This document shows positions 33,150 to 48,250 of a stretch of DNA of 64,000 nucleotides, one piece after another. This DNA is from Flaccisagitta enflata (taxonomy: Eukaryota). Position numbers and translations under genes: made by a program. The stretch lies in the NCBI GenBank assembly GCA_965153355.1, contig OZ231126.1, positions 36,208,001 through 36,272,000 of the forward strand. Direction: 5' to 3'. Position 1 is the stretch's first letter; each line of letters begins with the position of its first letter. The notes under the pieces are model-generated. The model was given only the letters and a program-made list of their open reading frames with translations, did no database searches and was not told the DNA's origin.

Positions 33150-36100
33150 TGTTGGTTTTTTGCGTCCTAATCCACTGACACTAACCACTACTCTTTACTA
33201 ACTCAATTTTCGCATCAAAAGAACATTTTTTCTGCCTACTCAACACTCATTCCCACCTGTTCTATCAACTCTATCATTTTTCTACTTTCTCATCCCTCAT
33301 TTCCACTTAATCCACTAACACCTTTACCACCATCTTGATTGTTACTTCCACCTACCCACACTAGCACCTCTTTACGACTACTCGTTAACTCAACAATTTT
33401 ACCATTATCTCAACTCTTGTTCTTCAATCTTCATACTCCACCAACTCTGTAACCCACACATACTGACCTATTCCACCATCTCAGCATTTACACCAGCACC
33501 TCAAGTCCTCAACACTTATCAACACTAAGTCTATCCTCCCACCAACTCATTGTTCGTCTGCAACCATCTTTTTACTTTTCAGTCTCCTACATGTTATCAA
33601 CACCTACAGCACAATCACCACACTTGTCGGCACCTGCCCTATAAACTCAGTTTTTTTACCACAATCGTAATGCTCTTAGCCTTTTATTCCACTAGCTAAA
33701 CCTTCTTATCACCGTCTCAACACATATTTCCACCAACTTATCTGTTTGGCAACAATCGTATTCCAGCACTCCGCCGATATACCAAATTCATCACCATCTT
33801 AACACTTGTTTCCATCTACTCCACCAACTTTACTCTAATACCACCATCCAAAAACTTTTTTCCACTCACTACATCAAATCAACTCATTTTTCACTGCCCA
33901 TCTACTTCAACATCTACACCAACTTCTCAGGATTTATGTTCTCCTTCTCCAAAAACTAAACACTCACACTACCATTTAACACTTTTTGCAACCTACTCCA
34001 TCAACTGTTTCACCAAACTGTTTTTCCAGGCTCCTCACTATCATCTCGACACTTATCACTTGTACCACCAACCTAATATTTCAGTGCACCAACCTCACCA
34101 ACTAAACTTTCTCGCCACAGGCTTATTCCACTTCTCCACAATTCAACACTATTATCATCAACTCATAATTTCCTTTCACCTACTCCACCTACTGAACTGA
34201 TTGACCATAAACTTTTTCTGCTTTAACACAAAGTCAATAATTTCAATATCACATCACCTACTTCTTTCTATTCCATCAACTCAACTGCCTCACCACAATC
34301 CTCTCTACACTTAAACACATTTACCACCATCTCAACACTTACTCATACTCAACCAACTCAACTGTTTTACCACAATCTTATTCCATTAACCACTAATTCA
34401 GCACTTTCACCACCATATTACTTAGCTCAACCTACTCCAACTCAACTATTTTGCCATAATTCCTTCAAAAACTTAACACTTTCACGACCATCTCAACACT
34501 CACTTCCATATCTCAACTGTTTCACCACAATCTCTTCCACAACTCAACACTAAAACCACCATCACAACACTTCCTTCCACCTGCTCCATTGACTCAACGT
34601 TTTTGCCACCTTATCTTCCACAACTCAACACTTATACCACCATCGCAACACTTTATTCCACCCACTTTACCAACTCAACTGTTTTGCAACAACCTCTTCC
34701 ACAACTTAACACTTTCACCACCATCTCAACACTTGCTTCCACCGACTCCACCAATTCAGCTGTTTGACCATAATCTTCTCCACAAGTCAACACTTCATCA
34801 CCATCTCAACACTTACTTCCACCAACTTCACGTGATCAACTGTCTCGCCACAATGGCCTCCACAACTCAACTGTTACACCACCATCTCAACCTTTACTTC
34901 CACTTACTTCACCAACCCAACTGTTTTGCCACAATCTCCTCCACAACTCATCACTTCACCACCATCTTAACACTTACTTTCACCTACTCCACGTAATCAA
35001 CTGTCTCGCCGCAATATCTTCCACAACTTTATACCACCATCAACACTTTATTCCACCCACTTTACCAACTCAACTGTTTTACTTCCACAACTTCACTTTC
35101 ACCACCATCTCAACACTTGCTTTGACTCCACCAATTTGTTTCCACAACTCCACAATCAACTCTTCACCACCATCTCAACACTTACTTCCACCTACTTCAC
35201 AAATCAACTGTCTGCCACAATGGTTTCCACAACTCAACTTTGCACCACCATCTCAACCTTTACTTACATTCACCTACTTCATTTAACTCAACTGTTTTTC
35301 CACAATTCCTCCACAACACAACACTTTCACCACCATCTCAACCTTTACTTCCATCTACTCCACCAATTCAACTTTTTAGCCACAATCTCCTCCACAACTC
35401 AACATTTTCACCACCATCTCAACACTTACTTCCACCTACTCCATCAACTCAACTGTTTTGCCAAAATCTCCTCCACAACTCAACACTTTCACCACCATCT
35501 CAACCTTCACTTCCATCTACTCCACCAATTCTACTTTTTAGCCACAATCTCCTCCACAACACAACACTTTCACCACCATCTCAACCTTCACTACTTCCAC
35601 CTGCTCCACCAACTCAGCTTTAGCCACAATCTCCTCCACAACTCAACACTTTCACCACCATCTCAACACTTACTTCCACCTACTCCACCAATTCAACTTT
35701 TTAGCCACAATCTCCTCCACAACTCAACACTTTCACCACCATCTCAACACTTACTTCCACCTACTCCACCAATTCAGCTTTTTAGCCACAATCTCCTCCA
35801 CAACTCAACACTTTCACCATCATCTCAACCTTCACTTCCATCTACTCCACCAATTCAACTTTTTAGCCACAATCTCCTCCACAACTCAACACTTTCACCA
35901 CCATCTCAACACTTACTTCCACCTACTCCACCAATTCAGCTTTTTAGCCACAATCTCCTCCACAACTCAACACTTTCACCACCATCTCAACCTTCACTTC
36001 CATCTACTCCACCAATTCAGCTTTTTAGCCACAATCTCCTCCACTACCCAACATTTTCACCACCATCTCAACACTTCCACCTACTCCACCAATTCAGCTG

Positions 36101-38400
36101 TTTTGCTAGAATCTCCTCCACAACTCAACATTTTCACCACCATCGCAACACTTACTTCCACCTACTCCACCAATTCAGCCGTTTAGCCACAATCTCTTCC
36201 ACAACTCAACACTTTCACCACCATCTCAAAACTTACTTCCACCAAATCCACCAACTCAATAGTTTTGCCACAACCTCCTCCACAACTCAACACTTACACC
36301 TCCACCTCAACACTTACTTCCACCTACTCAACCAACTCAACTGTTTTGCCACTATCTCCTCCATAATTCAACGCTAACGCCATCATCTCAACTGTTTTGC
36401 CACACTCTCCTCCGCAACTCAACGCTTTCACCACCATATCAACGTTTACTTCTATGTATTTCAGTATCGCAACTGTTTTGTCACAATCTTCTCCACAACT
36501 TAACATTTTCACAAACATCTCAAACTCTTATTTCCATCTTCTCCACCAACTCAACTGTTTTACCACAATTTTGTCCCATTTCTCCAGTAACTCAACACAT
36601 TCACCACATCTTAACACTTACTTCCATCAGCTACACAAAAACTGTTTCAACAAAATCTTTTCCCACTTCCACTAGCTCGACATTTTCACCACTATCTCAA
36701 CTGTTTTGCAAGAATCTTTTTCCATTGCTCCACTTATTCAACACTCTCACCAACATCTCAACACTTACTCCCAACTATACTACCAACTCACCTTTTGCTC
36801 CAAAATCTTTTAGCACTGCTCAACAAATTCAACACATTCATCATCGTCTCAGCACTAATATCAACGTATACTACCAACTTCCCACTCAGACCAATATGCA
36901 ACATCTCAATACTAATTTCTATCTTCTGCACCAATCTTTTTCCACATGTCCTTTATTCAACACTTTCCACATCGTCACAACACTTATATCCACCTATCCG
37001 TTCATCTCAACACTTGTACTCAGACCTGTATATTCTTGAGTTTCCCCCCCCCCCCCCGGTGAGGGGGGAAAAAAACTAAGGGTCTGGAGATGGGGAAGGA
37101 AATGAAAGGGGGAAAAAAGAGGAAAAAAGAATATTTGGGGAAAATATAACTTTTTGCAGAACCAAATCATAAAACTCAATTAGTAGAACACAATTCAACA
37201 CTATCTAAACCTTTACTACATAGTTTTATTGCTATATGGGGAAGAAAATGATGGATATAAAAACGCGATGCGACGCGTCGTGGGGAAGAAGATCAAAGGC
37301 AGGGGGGGAAAAAATCAAAATCGACTCAAGAATATACACCCCTGTTTGTACTACCATCTCAACACTTGTACCATCATCTCAACACTTTCTTCACCAACTC
37401 AATTGTTTCACCACATCATTTTTCCACTCCTCTACCAATTCAAGTATTTCACCATCTCAAAACTTATCTCCATCTACTCTATCAACTCTTCAACCATACC
37501 ACTACTCAATTGTTTTGCCACAATTTTTTTCCACTTCTCAACACTAGTATCTCCATCACGAGTCTTCACGACGCATTTTGAGCAGCGGTCCCTAAGGGGA
37601 TAAAGTTCTGTAGAATAAAGGGGGGAATCTCTCCAGTATGTCTCCAGTATGACTGTCCATCCATCCTTTCCCCCATCTCCAATCCTATCCTCAGGGATTG
37701 TTCTCAAAGGGCCCTGCAACTTAAAACAAACCACTTAAGAAGGGCCTAGGAAAAGCTAACCCTTTACTATCTTTGGACTGCTACTTCACTTCCCTTAAAA
37801 ACTTATATTACCATCTTTCAAACTTTTTTACCACCTCTTACACCAACTTTTACCACCATCTTATCAATTATCTTATCTCCTTCGCTGACTTAACCCATCT
37901 ACCATCAAATGATAAGCTGAGTTCACCTTCTGTGCCAACTTTACATTTGTGCCAACATATTTGGCATCTGTGCCATCTGTGCCAACATCTTTGTCACCTT
38001 TATCACCTTCTCAGCACTAATTTCCATATCATCCATCAATTGACAATATCCAACACCATCTCAAGACTCTTAACAGCTCCCACGCCAACTTTTACCACCA
38101 TCATAGCGTTTACTCTAACCCTCTACACTGACTCAACACTTATACCATCACCTGGTCACCTGATCACCTTCTCTGAAATCTCACCACTATCTCAACATTT
38201 TTTGCCATCTCTCACACCAACACAACAATTCTGCCATCATCGCTGGACACTCATGTAAACCTACTTTACTCATACATTCTTCCCGGCCAACTTTTTCTCA
38301 TCTATAATCATCTCAAATCAACACTAAAACGCATCTAATAAGACACTCTAATTCTCTCATTCATCCCATTCGATACCAACTCACCACCAACTAATATGGC
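33150..38400. repeat. C/A-rich minisatellite, 81-bp unit in homogeneous core (~35300-36350)
   Basis: 'ccacaatctcctcc' recurs at 35624, 35705, 35786 and 35867 (period 81); flanks decay progressively. Confidence 0.92.
37021..37344. mobile_element. hAT-like MITE
   Basis: TIR CAG...TGTATATTCTTGAGT; 8-bp TSD CTTGTACT/TTTGTACT; absent from copy 1 (~1780-1800). Confidence 0.85.
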
Positions 38401-39289
38401 ATAACAAAACGGGGCCGCATTATTAGTTATAGTTGCATGCAGGCGGGCGGGGTCTGATGCAAAAACCACATGCAATGTTGAGCAGAAAAATGATGAAAGG
38501 GCTGCTCACATATTGGCCGTCAGGACGCAAAAAAAAATAAGAATGGAAATCTTACATATGAAATTTCTGTGCCAAAAAAGCATCTTTAGCTTGCAGAGGA
38601 TTAAGATATATAATCTATCATTATAAGCCGCAATGTAGTATTGGTTTGAAAAAAAAATGCGACCAAGCAAATCAGTCGTTATAATTTTTCATTGGCGATA
38701 CTGACTGATGAGTAGATGATACGAATGATCGACGAACTGGCCGGTTTAAAAAGGATAGGCTACACACTTTTAATGGCGTACACAAAAAAGCTATGGGAGA
38801 AGAGTCTAATTAATACAATTGGTAGTTATTCAGTCATTGGACAAACCAGTGTTGGTGCAAGCTTAGATAAAGAAAATACCATATCTCCCACTTTTTTGAA
38901 AGCTTTTAAAATTTGGTAATAAAGAACTTTCTATCAAAAACCAACCAAATACTTTCCACATTTGAGAGTATTCAAATTTTATGTATTTTTTCTTATTTTG
39001 TTGGAATGGGCTAAAATAACAATAATGTATAACACTGTAAAAACAGTCATTTTCTTTAAAAAACAAAAAGGAAGTGCAAAATTTATAGATTCTCTTATAT
39101 ATCCATCAGTGCAAAAGCAATATTTCAAAAACTTGATAACCACGCAGCTGGTGATTGACACTAAAATGGTTGGAAAATCATTTGCCAGTTAGAATTTTTC
39201 TTTGCTGTTATTGAGATCAGTTCAGCTTGCTGATGTTTCACTTTAAGTATTTTAATCAACTGAAAATATCTTAGTATTTTATACACCAA

Positions 39290-39446
39290 GGGTGCGTCTG
39301 CATTCACCATCTTATTTGGATATTTTATCTGGATATCAATATCCGGATATTCTACATAGTGAATTTACAAAATTTACTATATGAAATATCCGGATATTAA
39401 TATTCAAATAAAGGATCCGAATAAGCTGATTAATGCAGACACACCT
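39290..39446. mobile_element. Harbinger-like palindromic MITE
   Basis: TIR GGTGCGTCTGCATT, 3-bp TSD CAA; empty site 'atacaccaaaactg' at 3417. Confidence 0.88.
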
Positions 39447-39809
39447 CAAAACTGTTTTATCCACTGACTGTAATAGCCTCAGCATTGCAAAAAAAAAAAA
39501 ATTGAGAAGCTTTTTTCAGCGGACCTCCATTGTTTCCTACTCAGAATGACGCTCACTTTCTTCCGTCATTGCTGCTGCAGAGTTGAATAGCGTTTTATAA
39601 TTGTTTCACTGAAGAATTAGTCTGTTTTGTTTTCAGATGATCAATACGTCATTTTTTCCTCTTTTCATTTTTGTTCAACACCCACCATTTTCATTCGACC
39701 TGACATAAAGAATGTTGATTTCGATTTTCACAACGAATAAAAATTCATCGCTGGTTGAAACATAAAGGGCAGAAAAAGAAAGAGAAAAAGTGAGAGAAAA
39801 AGAGAGAGA

Positions 39810-39888
<79 letters not shown>

Positions 39889-40046
39889 CTAACACAGAAA
39901 GACAGAATGAACGAAAGACGGAAAGACAGACAGCAACAGGGAGAATGAAAGGGACAGAAAGGTAAATGCAAGATGAGAAAAAATATCTTTATCTAAACGG
40001 GGATAGAGGTACAACATGTGTCATATCGATGAAGATCTAGGTGAAA

Positions 40047-40132
<86 letters not shown>

Positions 40133-40781
40133 TTCCGCGACTAAAACTAACTAGTCATCTAAGGATCGCACATGGTCAGTGGTGCCTGATGCCCCTCTTG
40201 GAGTGATCTGTTGAAGAGGTGGAGTGAAAGAAGGGCAGCAGCCTAAAAGGGTCAATTTTTTCTAAGATGCAAGGGTGAATTTCCAGACATCCTGTGAGGG
40301 TCGTTTGTGGCCTTAATGAGCTTATTCATGCAGGGCTTTGAGGGTTGATTTGTTTGCTTGGAGAGCAAATATGAAGCATAAAAGGCCTGACAGGGCAATA
40401 TGGAGGTGAAATAAAGTCTTGGAAATCAGATTATAAGCTTGAAAGAGCAAATTTGAGCCTGTATAGACCATATTTGAGGTCAGAGCCGGAATATAAGCTC
40501 GAGAGAACTAATTTTGGACCTAAGAAGGCTGATTTTGGGCCTGAGAGCGCTGATTCAGGGTCTGCCAAATAGGGGAGGTTACAAACAGACATATTGACAG
40601 ATATCTAAAAATTCACCCCTGTGTCTTACAGGACATGAGTCCTTTGGGGCCGCTGCCCAAAAACCATGTCATTACTCACCAGCGAGCACGCAAAAGAATC
40701 CTGAGTTGTGTTTTTATTCCATCACAAATGCGACTATCTTGAAAGATTTGTTTCTGTATCATTCATCGTTTTTCAGGGCGG

Positions 40782-40817
<36 letters not shown>

Positions 40818-40819
<2 letters not shown>

Positions 40820-40970
40820 ATTCATCGTGTAAATCGTCGTCATCACAGTCATAATAATAGTCATCGACCCAAATTTCAGGAGATTCCACATAGGCGTCAT
40901 AGAAGCAAGTACGAATGCCGCCCAACTCGAGGATCGCCATATTCCGCCACATGTCACATTCGTCGCACAT
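40818..40970 (-). CDS. Candidate 50-aa acidic microprotein, copy 2
   Basis: Identical ORF, acceptor and start context to 4660-4812. Confidence 0.5.
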
Positions 40971-41195
40971 CTTGGCGGCAGTCTGAAAGGCAAACAGGAA
41001 CCCACGGTAGGCTAAAATTGTCATGTGCGATTGAGCCCTCACAAACACCGAGAAAGCCACCTTGTCAAAAAACTGCGGTTTTCTAGTCTGTTTGTCTGCC
41101 TAGATGTGCCTAGATCTGCCTGGCTCTTTCTCCCTTTCTTCAATCCACGTATTCCTTTCTTTTCTTTTCTTTTGCTTTCTCCCTTCCTTCCTTCC

Positions 41196-41301
<106 letters not shown>

Positions 41302-42897
41302 TTTTTACATATTGTGTAAGCGGTTCTCCATTTGTAAGATTCGATCATTTTGTTCTCTACGGCTACGCATCTAGGCCTCTCTGAAACAGTTGGTTGGTCG
41401 ATCCGTTTGCTCTCTGCATGTTTAAAAAGTGTGTGTTAAAAGCTTGCTTCATGCTTGTGTGTTAAAAGCTTGCTTCATGCTTGTGAATAGGTACTAATCC
41501 TTTTTTCACGTGTTTGTCAGTCGTTTGGTTTGACAGTTGATTACAACTTTTTGGTCGCGTGCACACGACTCTACAACCCGCTCTATCCGTCTATTAGTCC
41601 GTCCGTCCATCTGTTTGTCCGTCCGTCCATCTGTTCGTCCGTCCGTCCGTCCGTCCGTCCGTCCATCCGTCCGTCCGTCACACTTAGCTTTTTTTCGCCG
41701 CCCCTGCACACCCGCACGCGACTAAGGTAGCCGAGTTACCGGCCTTGTTTTTTTCATATTTCTCATTCAAAAGATAATTGTTCATGTTTGCGTTGCTATA
41801 AATGGTTCTGAATCTGTTCTAAGAAATAGTCGAACTTTATAAATGACCGATAAGATTTCGCTTGTTGGTTAAACAAGAAAAAGATAGTCCAACTGAAAGA
41901 TGAATTTCCCAATACAAGTGCCATCCAGCCGGCCGCCGGCCAACAATATCCAGGGAAAAAGACTAGTAGTGGCCGATAAATGATTGAATGAATGAATGAA
42001 TGAATGAATGAATGAATGAATGAATGAATGAATGAATGAATGAATGAATGAATGAATGAATGAATGAATGAACGAATGAATGAATGAACAAACGAATGAA
42101 TAAATGAATGAAGGGTTATGTGAATAAATGGATGAGGGAATGAACAGAATGAAAAAAATGAACTGAATGGCAATAAACGGCAATTAATGATCGGTTGACC
42201 AAATGAACAGAATGATTGAATAAATGAATGAATGAATGAATGAATGCATGAATGAATGAATGAATGAATGAATGAATGAATGAATTAACGGTTGAATCAA
42301 TGAATGGTTGAGAGAATGAATGTATGAATGAATGAATGAATGAATGAATGAATGAATGAATGAATGAATGAATGAATGAATGAACAAGTAAATGGCAATC
42401 AACGATAGTAATGAAAAGAATGAGGAGTATTTTTGAGAATGAATGAATGAATGAATGAATGAATGAATGAATGAATGAATGAATGAATGAATGAATGAAT
42501 GAATGAATGAATGAATGAAAGAATGAATAAATGCATGAACAAATAAATAGCAATGAACGCTAGACATCGTACATATCTTCTTTAGTAACTTAAAACCCGA
42601 TCACCGACCAACCTACCGACCGGCCTAACTGCAAGCAACTTGATTCAATCAAACGACTTACTGTAATGATCCTCAAGGACAGCGAGGAAAGAGAATGCTG
42701 ATTTTGACGAGAAGATCGAATCGATAAATCCTACGAACGACGAAAACCAAAAATACATGACGATTTAGATTAACACTAGATTTTTTCGTGCAAATCATCG
42801 TTGGCTTTAACGAGTTAAATATCCGCGATAACACTATAAGAGAGGATTTGTTTGTATGTCTAAGGGGTGGACGGTCGGTCGGTCGATCGGTGTGTGT

Positions 42898-43020
<123 letters not shown>

Positions 43021-44598
43021 CGTGCGTGCGTGTGTGTGTCTATCTGTGTGTGTGTATGTCTGTCTGTCTGTGTATGTATGTATGTGTGTGTGCGCGCGAA
43101 CACGTGCGTTTGTGTCGCGTTTGTGTTTCTCTGTGGACTCATTTTTACAGAGTAAAAAAAATATTTGAAAAAAAAAAATCTTTAAATTTCTTCTTACGAT
43201 AAAATGTAAGGAGGTGTTGATCCGACAAGGTCGGTCGAATGGAGTGGCGTTGGTCCATCGGTGCACAGGCTCAGTCGCCCCCACGGCCTAGATGCGTGCT
43301 AATTTATGAAATTTCGATCGCAGCGGATCCTGAGATCTTCTTCATGCCTCAGGGCCGCGGCCGGCGCAGCGCTCAAAGCAGCAACTGGGAAAACGCAGGA
43401 AGAAAGTCGGAGTTTTGGTCCCGTCAAAACATGTTTGTGAGTGTTTTACGGGGTTGTAGCGTGAAAAAAACGCAAGAAACACCTTTGATAAAGATATTGA
43501 CGAGTTGTTTCATGGATTTTGACGGACACGATTTCGTAGGGAGACCAATAAAATCGTGGAAAATCCCCAAATCTTTCTGACCCTTTGTTTCGTGATTCTC
43601 GGCTTCTCTACTAGAGGGCCAGGAAAGGAGGATAGAAAATAACAGAAGGGCAATTCCCTCCACGTGTCAAAGGGAGTACTGAGCGAGAGTCGAGTGAAGC
43701 CCGGAGAAAATGTTAATGAGGCGAGATTTCAGTAAAAAGAGAATTTGGGCGTCTTTCTTTGTTACGCGTGTTTCTCTCCCATTCTACTAGAGGGCCAGAA
43801 TTTGAGAGAGTTAACAAAACGACAAATTTGAGATTTTGCCACGTGTATGGTGAGATACGGTTACTTGTCGCAAACTTGAGGTCCACCCAACTCATCATGG
43901 TAGAATATATACCATTTTACAATTTAGAAATTGCCCAGGTTTTCCCCGAGTGATCCTGGCACGCCGAGAAAGTTTTTTCTCTCTTTCAAAACGAATCCAA
44001 TCATAAAATTCATGAAACTGTGTCGAGTTTGAGTGAAATGCTTTTCTGTACATCTAAGGAATAGAACAAATTGTCAAGCGTGTCGATTGTTTTCCTGTTC
44101 GCCAGCATGTTCTCATTTGAATATCAAGTGCCTTGGAGTCTTTGAGTCTTTGTGTTCCTCATAAATCTTTACAGAAATATGGCACTTGACAAATTACTTC
44201 AATGATATTGCTAGCGAAAATAACTACCGATGGGCAGGGTAATGACTAGAAACTATGATACATGTTCATATGTGCCTGCTGATAAGCATCCTGATTTTAA
44301 ACAGGTGACGCAGGGTCACAATATCGACGGTTGGGGAGGGGCGTCCAACCCCCATCCACACCCCAACCCTCAGCCCTTTGCCCTTTGCGTAAGTGCCCCT
44401 GCCCAACCAGAACGAACTTGTTCATCTATCAGCTGATACTCTCTCCGCTAAACGAATATCTTCCTGTCTAAACTGCTATTAAGTTCTCAAATCCAATTGG
44501 CTGAGTCACTATCAAAAATATCGAAGAAAACTGAAAAGTTTAAACAAGTTCTCGTTAAGAAAATTGAATCGAATTTTAGCCGCGTACGTGTGGGTTGG

Positions 44599-44826
<228 letters not shown>

Positions 44827-44896
44827 AAACAGTAACAACAACAACCGTAACAACAACCGTAACAACAACCGTAACAACAACCGTAACAACAACCGT

Positions 44897-44994
<98 letters not shown>

Positions 44995-46551
44995 AAACAG
45001 CAACGACGACGGATAGACAGACAAACTGAATGACTGACCGAAGATTGTACTGACAGACAGACAAACAGATCTAAACTAACAAAAACAAAAATATTGTTTC
45101 TATAAGCTATTTTGATTATTACAACGAGATATCAACATGGCGTGTGGTTGGGATGGAAATCTGACCGTAGTGCGATTGCAATGCGTGTGCAGAGATCCAT
45201 TTGTGCCCCACAAAAGATGCTCTTCATTTCACACAGAGTCAGAGAGTCTCTCTCTTTCTTTACTCGGTTTTATTCAATCTTTCAGCCGACAAACGAGGAC
45301 GACGAGGAACTAAGAGTCTTCTTTGATTTCTCCCGGGCCCTCGTCCTCAGATCATCATTTTCACTTTTCCTCTTCACTTGCTTAGAAATCTCCACGCTGC
45401 CAATTCCAGATTAATCGTCCGGATGCCTGACTGTCATTATCTTCGATGAGATTTCTTGAATTGACTGACTGTCATTTTTGCTGTCATCTTGGAATGATTG
45501 ACTGTCGTTAGCTTCGATGAGCTCAATTGACCAACTGTCATTATGATGACAGACTTTTCCCTACTTGATGAGGGCAAACGTCCGTCCGTCCGTCATCCTT
45601 ATTTATTTTGACGTGCCTTACTGCCTCACTATCGTTCTTTTAATGAGTTCCGATGCTTGTCGTTATTCTCTTGGTGTATGGTCCTGAATGTCTCATTATC
45701 GTAATAACGGCGTTGCTTGATTATTCTGACCATTCTCCATTATATATCTGCGCTATCATATATATGCATAAAGCGATCATCAGTTTTCATCGCAGTTAAA
45801 ATCACGGCATCATCACAAAAAGTTCAATACTGTCTATCATTATCTTTCCTACATCTGAATGTCTGTCCAGACTGGCAGTTTTCCTTCAAGGTCAGTTTGT
45901 AAAAAAGGTAACCGGAAAAAATCCTTTCCTTCAGTACACGAAAAATCTGATGGATCCATCACTCAAGATTCTCAGTGGAACTGGCTCAAAAAGGAGCTTG
46001 TACTATGTACATCCTTTTTTCTTTGGTTTTTTTTGTTTTTTGTTTTTTTTACTTTTTTTGTTCATAGTGAAGTGGTTTGACCGTCTGTTTACCAAAATTC
46101 TTCAGGATCATTAAACGTAAACCAAAAAAGCTGTCTACCGGAGGATAGACCTTTTCTCCTTCAGAGATGCAAGGACGCATCTGAACATGAGGAGCATGGG
46201 GCATGATTTCTCAACTCTAAAGACGCATCAACTACTGGCCTTGTCTACACTGTCTGATTATTTTCTTATTCTAGGCTCTTCTTTATTTCTTCCCCCCTCT
46301 CTTTTATCTCTTCCTCCTTCCTCCTCTTCTTCCCAAAGGATTTTCTCTCGAGTCATTGATTTCCTTTTTTTTCTTTGCCTCCTCATCTTCTATTCCTTTT
46401 TATCTCACTTCCCCCTTTATCACAGTCTCTGTCTTTGTCTCTGTTCATCTGTCTGTCTCTTCGCGTCTCTACGCTTCTCTCTCTTCGCCTCTCTCTCGGT
46501 CTTTGTTTTTTCTGCCAGTCTGTCAGTCTGTGTGCCTTGCTATATATACCG

Positions 46552-46831
<280 letters not shown>

Positions 46832-47183
46832 ACTTCCATTCTCCTTCTCCATCCTTGCCATGCTTTTTCCTCCTTTTTTCGCTTTTCTAAGTACAAAAGT
46901 TCGGCGAGATCAAAAGGTCGGCAAGCGTGAGCAAGATTTTCCAGTCCGACACAAAAAAAAATGGCCATCCATCGACTAGGGGCAGGGCTGCGCGGGCCGC
47001 AAGCTGTACTGTGAGAGAGAGAAAGACAGACAGAGACAGAGACAGAGACAGACAGAGACAGAGACAGAGACAGACAGAGACGGACGAAGAGACAGGCGAT
47101 TAATATCAAAGGTACAGATATAGAATTACAGATGATTACATAGACGATCATATAGATAATCAGATAGATGATTAGATAGATAT

Positions 47184-47241
<58 letters not shown>

Positions 47242-47419
47242 TTATCTATCGTTAGACAAATTTGTAAATAAATCAATATAAAAGCATAAAAGATGCAGAT
47301 AGAGGGTCGGATGGATGGAAGGACTAACTGAAACATAGATTGAAATAGACAGAGACAGATCATACAATAAAAAGAGTGACACATCGAAATGCAGACAGTA
47401 AGAAGGAAGAGGGACAGAC

Positions 47420-47473
<54 letters not shown>

Positions 47474-47475
47474 TC

Positions 47476-47554
<79 letters not shown>

Positions 47555-47642
47555 TCTACAGTAAAGAGCGAGATGGGGAGAGACATTCAAAGAGAGACTC
47601 TAGAAGCCAAATGGAAATGAGGCCCGTATAACCGAAGGCCGC

Positions 47643-47708
47643 GACGAATGAATGCGAATATATCAGAGGCTTTTATATAGTGTGTTGCTTGCGCGTGCGA
47701 CTGACTCA
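47643..47708 (-). promoter_or_regulatory. TATA box + Inr core promoter, copy 2
   Basis: TATA at 47679, Inr +1 at 47649; identical to copy 1. Confidence 0.6.
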
Positions 47709-47922
47709 GACGTGATTCAATTCGCGTGATTTGTGAAAATGAAAGAAAATATCCGCGAGACGGCTCAACGGCCGAGAACGTGCTCATGTACGATCAAGAT
47801 GCTGACAGTATATCTCGTTTTCTTGTTTCCTTCTTTATTTCTTCTTCGGTCTTATTTCTTCTTTATTTATTCAATCTTGCCCCTTTTACTCTCACCACCT
47901 CACACTCAATCCGTGCCACTTA

Positions 47923-48200
47923 GGGAGCGTTTCTAGTCAAAGACGATCGCGTTTTGAAAGGGCCACTCGGTCGCTCGCTACGTTCATTCGCTCGCTCCGC
48001 TCACTCCACTCACTCCACTCACTCGCTCCGCAGCGCTCCGCTTCACTACGCTCGCTTTGCTCACTCGCTCCGTTCACGGGCTCGCTCACTCACTTCGCTC
48101 ACTCTCTCGTGGGACAGTTGAAATTCTTGAATATGTGTTCACGCTGTAATCGCGTTTCACGGGAGGGAACGCGTTTTTGGTTGTCCCCAGAAACACGCCC
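47923..48200. mobile_element. Harbinger-like MITE with internal (CGCT/CACT)n
   Basis: GGGAGCGTTTCT...AGAAACACGCCC, TTA TSD; empty site at ~12979. Confidence 0.85.
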
Positions 48201-48250
48201 TTATTCCACCTATCCATCTTCCACCCCCACCCCTCCCTACCCACCCTACC

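Noticed and set aside
35136..36377. 413-aa His/Pro/Ser-rich ORF (and ORFs at 21-974)
   Set aside because: Arises from a G-poor 81-bp repeat that rarely makes stops; the frame drifts between units and the start is non-ATG.
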